A DNA stretch of 64,000 bases from Zygnema circumcarinatum SAG 698-1b (lineage: Eukaryota > Plantae > Zygnematophyceae): positions 635,873 through 699,872 of the forward strand of contig CM074816.1 in the NCBI GenBank assembly GCA_037447605.1. The letters run 5' to 3'. Under the pieces are notes generated by a model. The model was not told where the DNA came from and searched no databases. It saw nothing but the letters and a program-made list of their open reading frames with translations. Positions 26,501 to 38,500 of this stretch are shown here, piece by piece; positions within the stretch are counted from its first letter, which is position 1, and the number at the start of each line of letters is the position of its first letter. Both the position numbers and the translations under genes were made by a program.

Positions 26501-29500
26501 AAAAACATGCAAAAAATCTGGTACAGCCAGCTGCAAGCTGATACGGCTGCACACGTGGCAACAGCTACTCGCCGTGACTGGGTCCTCACCTACTTCGATT
26601 TTGGGTATAACTTGCGACTTGTTAGCGCCCGAGCGAGCTGAGAGCGAACGAGCAAGTTTGAATGTTGGCCGGCTATTGCAATTGCCTCTATGCTGTTGAC
26701 TGTCGCTGTGTTTTGTTCTGGGTGGAGGTGAGTTCAGCTAAATCTGACATTGTGCTTACAATTAGGACAAATATGTCTCACCAATGTACTCACTTTTGTT
26801 TGTTCACATCGACCCGTGCAAGACATGAAACTTCACTGTCGCAGTTATTACTCCTTGAGCTCTTGCAGTGCTCAGATGAGCCTCAAATTCAACATTTTTC
26901 ATCACTCATAATATTTTTTCTTGAGACACAGCATTTCTTGATGGGATGAAAGGTTACAGTCGCCTCAACTCGCGATAAGTTTCCCAACATCTGAATATGT
27001 GCAGTTTACCGCAGAAGTTTAAGTCGCTTCTTCACGGAATGATGGAAGCTAGCGAGTGTACGGAGGAGGAAACAGAGGGCTTGACACTGTGATCACGTGG
27101 CGGAGTGCAGACTATAAAACTGTCGGATACTACGCAGGCAACGGGGTAATGGATCTGTTGGCATCAAGAAACGTGTCGGATCTTCCTCTCCAATCAAATG
27201 TCAACATTCCTGGAAAGTGGTGCTTCAAATTGTCAGGTTATGCTCGCATGCAACCTCTACTGTAAGGTTTATCTTCTTGCAAGCAATGAATGTACTGTAA
27301 CATAAATCTTTCACCAGAAACAATGAGTGCAGTGGTGATTTTTTCTGCCCTTCTACAGATTGTTATATTTGTTGTTACAAAAGTGAGATCGTGTGATAAC
27401 TGAATTCGGCTTATTCTAGCTCTATCTAGCTGTGTGAAACCCATAAAGTGCGGAGTGATGCAGCTTTTTGGCGGCAAAGCAAACATTAATAATAGCATGT
27501 CCATTGCTGCTGCGGCCTACTCCTATTTTTAGCGTCCTTATACAGTGGTTGCATGTCCTTCGAGGATCTACATTACAATGGCAAGAACAGATTCGTATAA
27601 AATGAATTTGCTTTCAAAGAGTCCTATTTAAGGAAGAACTTGAACATGATTACACAAGTAAACAAGGCGGAGTGGACGAAAAGGAATCTCTCTAGCCCTC
27701 AGACGTTTCTCGAGTCTCTTTTTAGAAATTCCGATCCAGAATATACGTTAGTTAAGAATCCGTTCGAAAGTCCTCCATGGAGCCACTTTTGGACCTTGAG
27801 AGGCGCCTTGTTCCATGGTTAGAAAAGGAGAGCTTTTGGAGGACGAGCTGGTTCGCTGACTGAAAGAGGGAGCGCCTTTCCTATTTCCACCATTTCATGG
27901 AGCTGCGAGCACGCAGTCGACGCGAGAGTTCCGAAGGAAAGCATAGCCGCGCTTCCGACTATGACAGCATCGGGCAACTCCTTGCAATCATTACATGCAC
28001 GGCATCAGGAGTTGCAAGAGCATCCTTTCCTCTCCTCCCTCTCGCCCTCCCTCTCCCTGTCACTCCCTTCTCGACCGACCTCACTCCCTGCTTTAGCAGC
28101 AAGAGAGGGAGCTGTTGTAGCATTGCATTGCAGAAGCCATGCGTTGCAGAGCCTTGCCTTTCCTCTCATTTTTTAATTTCCCAAATTCTTTGAATCTTCT
28201 AGATTTGTAGAAATTTCCTTTGAAGGATTATTAGGGTTCTGAGGGTCTCAATCTGCGCATCCCAAGTGGCAGCTCTGCCACCTCTTTCCTTGACAGAACT
28301 CTCCCCTCCTATTGATGCCAGTCCTCCCACCACCTGTTGCCTCTGCAGAGGGGTTAAAAGGTGGTGAAGATTGCAGAATATGAGGGAACATCCGATAGCC
28401 TCTCCGAGCGAAATAATTATAGAATCGGTCAAAATACCGCTCCAAAATACGCTTAACGAAAAATGCGCTCTGCTCCTTTCTCGCGCGATCCCTCTGTGCT
28501 TCGAGAGCGGGACAGGAGGCTGCTGCAGCTGCCGAGGCAGCATTGTTATTCTCAGAGCCTTTCCTTCTAGGGATTTCCAATTGTTAGAATTCTTCATTCA
28601 GAATTCGGCATGTTCAGAACTCTTCCAGTTTTTATGAGCATCAGGGTATTCCTGCGCAGCGGCCAGGGTGGCAACTCTTCCTCCTCCACAGTGTTCAGAA
28701 ATTCCGTCTCCGCTCAATGACAGCTCTTCCAGCTTCTGCAGATTTTGAGGGTTTGCAGGATCATCAAGTTTTTTCCGTGTTTAGTGTTTCCACAGCTGAC
28801 TCAAGAAGTGCGTAAGGAAAGCATAGCTGCAATTCTGACTATGACGAAACCCGGATGCTCTTTTCTTGCATCATTTATCCATGCATCACAATTTCATATA
28901 CGGTTTCACGTGCGGCAAGAGCTCCCTTTTCCTATCCTCCCACTCCCCCTCCTCTTCCTCTCAGTCTCCCTTGCCCTCTTCCTCTCCCTCTCACTCCCTC
29001 CACCATCGACCTCACTATCTGCTTCAACAGCAAGAGAGGTCGCGGCTGCAGCTGCCGAAGTAGTATCGCAGAAGCCATGCGTCTCAGAGCTTTTACATCC
29101 CTCTCAAATTTAGGTTTCCCAAATTTTCAAAATTCTTCATGGTTAGTTTATTAGGGTTTCGGGGTCGCTCTCTGCGCTGCTGCCAAGTTGCAGCTCTTCC
29201 CCCCCCCCCACCCCATTCAGAGCTCTCCTCTCCGATCGATGCTAGTCCTCCACCGGCTCTTTCTTCTGGAAATTTAGAGTTCTTAGGGTGATTAGGACGT
29301 TTAGGGTTTTCCCAGAGGTTCAGAACTGCCATGAGCAACTTAAGGAGTCCTGAAGCGAGTTATTCGCAGACGTTACTTGTTCCGCAGAGGAAGCTGCGGA
29401 AGCCCTCAGTGAGCAATCCATTATATAGAATAAAAGAACAGCTGCACGTGCCGGAAAAGAATTGCATGGAAAATTGGAGCGTTGGGAAGTATATTTGGCG

Positions 29501-32500
29501 TCCCCATAGTCGTATTCGAGAACCAAACAAGATGCAAAAAAACTGGTCCAGTTATCAAAAGATTGGCTCAGAGACTTGCTCTCTTGAATTTAAGGTGAAC
29601 GGGAAATGAGAGACTCCTCTCTGTGACTGTACGGGTTAGGGCTGTGGGAAGTAAAGGGAAAATATCGGATGGGACACAAGGTGCCATTTGGAATTTTGTG
29701 TGATGTTGAGTTTTTGATGCCAGTCTCTGAGTTGCGAATTCCACCACCAGAAAGTTCGTCCACCAGTCGATTACTCCTGTTCTATCCTCGCACTTCTGCG
29801 AGTTACACAACAGATTCTTTGCTCTTCCACTTATTTCCGATACTCATTTTTTTTAAGCTTATGCAGCGCTTGCTACTCCGACGGCCTTCAACTATGTGAA
29901 TTTCAATACCAGCAGTGCTCCCATCATGCAAGGCGATGCAAAAGTTGTCGCCAACAGGCTGCAGCTGACGAATTACAGCACGTGGCTGGCTGGGAATGCA
30001 TTCCATCCGGCTCCGATGACCTTGCTCAAAAACGGAGTTGGAGGTTGCGAAGCAGCTTCTTTTAATGCGAGGTTCTCGTTTCTCATATTTAACAACATGC
30101 AAGGCTGTGATGCGGATGGCCTTGCTTTCACCCTTGTTTCTTCCAACGCGGACTTGAGCAAAATTGGGGCAGTCGCGGGGGGAGGTCTCGGGTACTCCTA
30201 CGGAGGATCGGCCACAGTTGGTTCCATAGCCGTTAAATTCGACACTTTCTACAATTTTGACTACAATGAGCCTAATGGAAGACATGTTGGAATACTTGAG
30301 AACCTGAACTCCACGACCATTGCATCGGCACCTACGTCCATCCTCGACAACTTGTCGGCAACCTCCACGAAGTATGCATGGGTGGAATACAATAGCGCAA
30401 CCAGCCAGTGGTCCATATTCTTCAGCAACGCGACTAGCAAACCTGCTCAGCCTGTTATCCGTTATACCAGGTCCCTCTGCAGTGTCCTTCGGCCACCCAC
30501 CTGCGCGGACTGTGTCAATATAACATCGGCCTTTGTTGGATTTACAGCCGCAACGGGGGATTGCTATGATGCTCATCAGATTTTATCGTGGAGCTTTGAC
30601 AGCAACTGGATGGGTGCGTTTCCAAACGTTTGTACCTTCATGCGTGCCGTGAGAGTGCATTTTGCATACATAGGAATGCCCTAAGCCTTTTGAATAGAAT
30701 TTCCCTCACTTTTATCGGTTGCTTGGTCGCATGGAAGCGAGATGATCGAATTCTGAGATTTACTGAGAGATGGACAGTAACGCATTTCAAGTTGATGGAT
30801 AGCGAGTAGTTGCGACCATCGAACGTCACAAATGCAAAAGCAAAAGGAAGCGCTCTGCTTGCAGCCCCGCTGATGAAGCTGTGGAAACTCTGAAAAAGAA
30901 AATTTGCAGGATTTTTTCATGCTTAAACAGATAATTAAATGAATTATATACATTCTCCTATCCACATCTCGTTTTGCAGGAAATTGTGAGCTGTCACAAT
31001 CATCGTTTCCTGTAAAACTTAGATTATGTTGTGTAGCTAAGCTGTTGGGCGTCAAACGGTATGCTTAGCCGACTGGGACAAAAAGGCATTTAAGAAGAGG
31101 TTATAATGTGCGGTCGGCCTGCCGCCGCCACGGCCGGCCCGTCCACGCACTTTCCCTATACCTAAGTCTACATTTCCCCACTCGGTTTTTCAAGCCTGAT
31201 ACCTACTCCCTACAAAATCATTTGAAATTAGAACTATTATAGTGCTGTATGCATGTCATACAGTCTCTTCTGCAGGTTAAGTGACTACAGACTTCGTCTA
31301 ACAACCGAACTACTTCGGTTCGACTTCGTCTAGTATCTTGAAACCTAGTATATCGTGGACGTGCGTCATTTTTCCGCTCAAATGTATAACAGAGGCAGAG
31401 TTTATTCTAGCTCACATGTATAACATAATACTTAAGATTTTCTCCAAGGAGTTTTTGCTAAATATTATTACCATAACTATACCAATCAAAACCCTTGTAT
31501 AAACCAAGCATATTGAAAGTAGGCAGTTTGAATTTTTCAGATTGTCTGCACATTTAGATTTTTGCAGTTTTCACTGTGCAGTTTCCACACCTACAAGACC
31601 GCCGCCAAGTCGACCGCCTCCGCGATCGCCACCACCTCGTCCACCTCTCAGACCACCTCCCTCTCCACCCAAACCTCCACCTCAAAAGCCCCCTCCAAGG
31701 CAACCTCCACCGAAACAGCCGCCGCCGCCGCCGCCTTTTTCGCAAGGTAAGGAAGAGTTGCGTGTAATGTCCTGTATGCTCGCTCGCTTGTCGCTTTTAT
31801 CGCAAAAGCAGGAACTTCCATCTTCAGATTACCAAAGGCAGTCGATATTGTGCACGCTCGTATAAGTAATTGGTGTGTGACGAACAATGCTTCAGCTGGA
31901 TAAACCCACCAATTCCGGCAATTCAACATGGCAGCCAGAAGTCTGAGCATCTCCGAAATGGGCGCATCAATAGCTTTAAGAAGTTTTCTTGAGTTTCAAT
32001 TCTTATAATATTGCCCATTTTGTGAGCCGTAGAACAATACTGTAGAATTGCAAGACTATTTTTGCACGAGTCAGTTTTAAAAGGTTAAGCATTATTTTGC
32101 AATTCTTCTAACATGCCAAGGCTCTTTCTGTTTCTTTTAATACGTGCACCAATATCAGTTTATTTCTTTGCGCAATTATTACCACTTGTGCTCACTTTTT
32201 TTTGTGTGTGATGCAGTTGTCACCTATCCCAGCTTTACCAATTCTGGAGTCATTCGTCAATTGGCGGCAGCGGTAGTTAACTCGACCTTGCGACTCACAC
32301 CCGACGATTATTTTCTATCTGGAAATGCAGTCCATGAACGGCCCATTTTGCTCTTGCGGGACGATGGTAACGGAGGTTGCCAAGCGGCTTCATTCAAAAC
32401 CAAGTTCTCTTTCAGAATCTGGAACAACGGGAATTGTGAGGCCGATGGACTTGCATTCATTCTTCTTGGTTCCAACGTGGTATTAAGTGGGTTTGGAAAT

Positions 32501-35500
32501 CAAGCCGGTGGATCGCTTGGATATTCTTATGACTACAATACTTCTGCATTGGGAAGCATGTTAGTTTCGTTTGATACCTACACCAATTCCGACTTGGGAG
32601 AACCGGACAACCGTCATGTCGGCATACGCGAATTCTTCGATCTCTACGTCATCAAGACGCAGACATCTCCCCTTCTAGACGACCTCTCGACTGTGAAGTA
32701 TGCGTGGATTGAGTATGACGGCGCGGCCAGCATTTGGAGCGTATTCTTGAACAATGCCAACGCAAAACCCGCATTCCCACTAGTCACATACAGTCGCAAC
32801 CTGTGCAGCCAACTGCGACCAACCACGTGTACCACATGTGCCGGCGTGGTTTCTGCGTACGTCGGATTCACTGCTGGAACAGGGGCGTGTACGGACAACC
32901 ACGACATTTTGACGTGGGACATTCAAAGCAGTTGGCCAGGTATTCGAACGGAAGCGATGATGGGTTGTCATATTTCGCATAGTCGTTTCCAGTTTGACGG
33001 AGCAATGAAAATAAAGTCTCGAAAAGGACCACCGTTAAAGGTTGGAGTTAGCTTTGTATTTAGCAGTTTCAATCTCAGCTCGTTCCATATGCATTTATTA
33101 TATGGAGTTTTGTTCGTGATATGTTGTGAGCAGCTTATATTGTTCTTATTTTTTCTTTATCTTTTTTCTTATTTTTCTATTGTTTCACTTCCTCCCTTAG
33201 CACCGTCGCCACCTCGGCCTCCTCCTCTAACTCCACCTACACCTCGCCTTCCGCCAAGGCCAGTTCAACGACCGCCGCCACCCCCATCGCCACCGCCACC
33301 GCCACCACTTTCTCTAGAAGGTAATCAAGAGTCATATGTGTTAGTCTTGTAGTCTTGCACACTCGCTGCTTTGATTTTTAAGCATGTATATTCATGAAAA
33401 TGAGTCATTTCTGTCCACCACAATCCTTTCTTTGAGTATACGATAGGCTTTCCTACTGCATGTCAGAGACTTCGTAAGGGTTAAGAGGAGCCTGGGTAAC
33501 TTATGTCTTCTGTTAGCGGCACATCCTGCTAACCTGGCGGAAGTCTTGCTGCCTTTCTGAGTAATATTACCTGGTGTGTTCAGCTGAGCTTCTATATCGA
33601 GTCTTGTTATGAACACACACTGTTTACGTACACACAGCTGGTACAAGATCAGAAGACCAGGAAAGTGCTACGCTTAAAAAGTCGAATCCATCTCTATATG
33701 TTACAGCTTTGTGAAGGTTACCTGTCTGTTTTCTACTGAGTGAAGCATTATCTCAACCATTCGGTAATGTTTCTAGGATTTTACTCAGCCACATTTGACT
33801 ATGACTTCGAAATAGCAAGGTGAATACATGAAGCAGCATCGTTTTTTAATGTTCTGTTTTTAATTGCTGGTATGGCCTCATGCATGCAGCGGTCAGCCTT
33901 CTCCAGTTCAAAGATGCAATTACAAACGCTTCCCAAACCGTTCTAGGAGGTTGGCTGCCGTCGACTCCTGTTTGCAGTTGGTGGGGTGTAAATTGCACAT
34001 CCGGCGTAGTAACTAAGCTGTAAGAGCGACTTTCTACCCCACATCACACTTAAAAATCAATCCTCAAGTTGCAGATATGTTAAAAACTTACTGGGAGAAT
34101 GGAAAAAGGTATGGGGATTGATGAAGGACACAAGGAGCTAACCAATCATGTCATATTTGAAGGAGTAGCTTGACAAATCCATGTGAAGTGAACTTTCACG
34201 ACATTGTTTTTTGGATATTGTGGGCAGTGACTTGAGTACGGCGCAGTTGGATGGCCTCATCTCATCTTCAATCGGTAACTTGGCGAGCTTGGCGGAGTTG
34301 TAAGCATCTGGCAATCTTGCTTGGGCCTCCCAACATCATGAATCATCGCGTGTTGGCAATGTCTCTTTAGGTTAATTAATGACACGAAGAACTGCCACAT
34401 CGTATCATTTCGATCACCTACATGCATACAATCAGAGTTTGGGATGGTTTTGGATGAAGGCCGTGGCCCACTTCGCTTCCAATTATGTCGTCAGTTGATC
34501 CCTGCCCTTGCGATGATGTCATATGCGGAGGCATCTTCCAAGCTCATTGAACCTTCTCTAGTTTATCTGCTATACGTGGTTTTTCCTATAAGCAGGTTGC
34601 GAATTGTGTTCTGGAAGTGCAGGATCAACCAGAACTTTTCAGACCTTGCTTGACAACTATATATTTGGTGCCTCACAGGATCTTGTGCAGCAATAACTTC
34701 AGAGGAAGCATTCCGGATTCCATCGGTCAGCTTCAAAATTTAAAAAGACTGTACGTCATCATGTTTTCCTTCTATCCATTATTTTGCTCCCATATCGCTG
34801 TGCTCCTTTCCTCTAAAATTTTCGGAGTAATAATAGGGAACGGACTTCCAAGAAATGTTCGCTTTCTCATCTACATCTGCCTGGAATACCTCACACTGGG
34901 ATTGAGCACTCGACTCACTCACAAGACATTTTCGTTTTCCGTATCCATGTAGGAATATGGGACCATTGCAATAGCTTGATCATCGACGTTCTTCCTCTGA
35001 CAGTGCCTGCTGTATTGTTGCAGGATCTTGTCAAACAACTCCTTAACAGACGTGATACCTTCCTCCCTGCGGTTTTCGACAGCCCTTATGGAACTGTGAG
35101 TGGCAGAAACCTGGTTTTTGGTTTTTTGGTTTTTGGATGGTTTTTGGTTTTTTTTTTTTTTTTGTTTTTTTTTTTTTTTGTGTTTTTGTTTTTTGGATGT
35201 TTTGGATGTTTTGGATGTTTTCGGGTTTGTCTTTAAAGCAGCTGATAACGTCCTTGTCAGATTGAGACGGGCATGGATTGATTCGTCCAAGGGTAGTGCT
35301 TGCTAGCAATTGGTAAATGTTTGAAAAATATATTCTAACACAGCACATACCCCTCGGAATGTTTCTGTAGAAGCAACGCATACCACTCTGACTCTACAGA
35401 ATTGCAATTCAAAAGCTTCTAATTATGTGGTACTTCGTTCATTATTTATTTGATAAGTTAACATTGTTGACCACATGCATCTGGGCGTTTTCCAAAAAGT

Positions 35501-38500
35501 GGCTTGATGTAACTGCGGCAAGTTTGGCGAACCTGCCATCTTGCAGGGACCTGTCGAGCAATCAATTGGTCGGTAACATTCCCTCGTCCCTCGGCAATCT
35601 GACTTCACTAACGGCCCTGTGAGTGCCGATTTAATCGTAAACCCTTCTTTCTTGCACTTTTGGAAACAATGATTCTATTCTGAGCCGGTTTATGCCTTGC
35701 GGAGCACTTCACGCCTTCTTTGATCCAAAGCGATCAGTGTGCATGGTGGCGCCATCGCTCGATGACATTGTCCGATATAGAGTCATGCCCACTTTTAGCT
35801 ACCTCAGATTAATCGGGAAAGGCAACTCGCAATAATTTCGGATATCACAATTTGCAACTCAGCGGGCATTCTCAAAGGAGAGCACCCTTGATCGCCCTTA
35901 AACGTTTGAAAAAGCTTTGATTTGACTCACTAATTGCTTCCAGAAATCTTGACAAGAACAATTTGAGCGGCCCCATCCCCACATCGATTACCAACCTCAG
36001 AAGCTTAAGAACGCTGTAAGTTGCTTTACATCCATTCACTTTTCGCTGTGATTCCCTCGGGCTTCATAGATGCCCTTTGAAAAATCGAGAGAAAATTGGC
36101 GTTCGAGAGAAAATGAGAAACCGAGAGTCCGGGGCAAAGAGGGTCATGGAGCGAGAGGCACCCTGAATCCGTGCTCAGTGGAAAAACTCGAAAAATGTCA
36201 ACTGTTAATTCTTTACAGCCCATTTTGAGCAGTTTGGGAGATCTCAATGCCTAAGACACTTTTGTCACAATCGATGCTTTTATTAGTTCGGCTTACGTAA
36301 ACATCAACGTGGTGTCTCTTGGTCAGGAGGTTATCCAACAATCGACTAACCGGCGGTATTCCCACAGGTCTTGGGAGACTTGTAGCCATCAGTGAGCTGT
36401 ATGGCGACTCTCCATTATCTCCATTGTTTCTCGGAATCTTGAAATTGTTTGAAGCTCATGCTACCTGTGGAGAATTAGCCAATACCAATCATGGCACATC
36501 TTAGATCTATTACAACCACCAAAACCTCCGGTTTCACACTTAGTTTTAATCAGACTGAGGAACGGTCGTCAATGTGTGGCGTCAAACAGACGATTGGTAG
36601 CATGCCAACATCCAAAGCATGGCGTTTGCTGGCATGTGGTGTACTAGTTTTTCAAAGTTCCAAGATCAATCTAGTTCCATGGATGTCGGATACAATGCCA
36701 GTTCCGAGTTTTAAGAGCAAAGCGATTAGCTCATTGCAGCCACAATGTTGCTCCTTGCAGGTCTCTCTCAAACAACCTTCTCATTGGTCCATTAGTGCTT
36801 ACCTTTGGAGTACTATGGGAAATTTCGGTTTCCTTCCATGACAATTTCTTATCGGGCGAACTCACTGTCACGTTGAATGGCGTCAATTTAAACTCCCTTC
36901 TTCTCCCTCCCTTCGGTGATGTTGCTATGAACTGCTTCAGTGATCTCAGCATGCAAAGGGACGGTGCTTCCTGCACGGCATTTTGCAAGGCAAGCCAGCC
37001 ACAGGGCGCTTGCGGAGGCAATGGGTTCTGCTATTACAATGGAAGCCAACCGACATGCTCATGCGATGCTGGCTATAAGAACTCCGTAGATGCAAACATC
37101 TGTGTGTTTGGTGAGGACCTCTCTTCCTTCCAAGCTTTCCACCTGGTCCATTCTACAAATGAGATGTTTCTCCTCTCGCCCATCTCGTCTCCCTTCGTTC
37201 TCCCTCCCACTCGCTCTCCTTTTCTCTCCAACTCCGCCCCCAAACTCCACCGTCGCTTATCCTCTTGCCCTCCCCCGCTCTCAATCAATGTCAACCACAG
37301 AGCCTACATTGTCCTTGCATATCTGATTGTGTGCATCCTTGCCTCTTTCTGTCCTCAAATCACCCACATTGATGTCGGATGGACGCGCAGGGGGTCGCGG
37401 TTCCGGCCTTGACTCGACGCAGCCGTTGACTTTTCCGAGTCAGAATCGGTACTTCCGGTACGCGAGCGCGGGGTACTTGCGGCGGAAGAGCGGCAAGGCG
37501 TCGTGGCAGGTCGCCATCGCGTGGAACTGGACGGAGGAGGGGGCCACTCAGGCAGTCAAAGATCAAGGACTTTGCAGTGAGTAGAGAGTACTGGACAGGA
37601 AGTTTTGTGTTCGGTTTCCAGTCCTTGTAAACTGGCCACTCTAGATGGGAATTAACTTTTTTTTCTTCTGTGCCGTATGCTCTCGTGCAATATTGGTTTT
37701 TTCTCTGATCTCTTTTTTGTTTCGTGGTTTTGGACTTGTAGGTTTGTGTTGGATATTCGCTCCCATATCCGCAATAGAAAGTGCGATATATATTGTCAAA
37801 GGCGGACAATTAGACGTTCCTCTTCTTTCAGAGCAGCAAGTGCTGACTTGTTCACCCAGTGGAAAAACTTGCGATTCCGGTGGATGGCCGACAGAGGCAC
37901 TCGAATATGCTGCAAGCAACAGCCTCATTCCTGCACCAAATTTTCAAGGGTCAGACAGTTGTGCTCAGGTGAGAGACAATCACGTTCTTCTCGTTTTATG
38001 TTTGCGTTGAGCCATTGTCCCATGCAATCCAGACGAAAAAAAGTGTACTAAATGTCTGCTGCCAACTGAAGTAGACGATCATTTTTGGTGTGCAGGGAAC
38101 AAGTGCGTCTACAATTACATCCTATGAGAAAGTGCAGTTCAACGGCTGGCTGGGATTACTGCTGATCCTGCAGCAGCAGCCAGCAATTGTCTTCCTTGAA
38201 GCAAGCGGCGATAGCTTTACCAACTACAACGGAGTAAGATAGTCATCCTGCTTTGTAAATTCTCTCCTTCTCTGCGTTTTCCTGTGTTTGACATAACAAG
38301 CAGATTTCTTTTGTACCTTTTCCTTCGTAAATGCGGCGTTCATCTCCCTGTTATTACCACCATTGAGCGTACATGCCAGGTGGTGACGTCTTGCGTTCTC
38401 TCCCCCTAGCAGCATAATAACCTGAGCCTATGCGATTATGATGATCTGTTGGGAAAAGGTTGTCCCGTCGACAGTTATATCACGTGCATCCAATGCTGCG

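Noticed and set aside
35107-35225. Lys-rich and Phe-rich ORFs
   Set aside because: T-rich low-complexity intron sequence.
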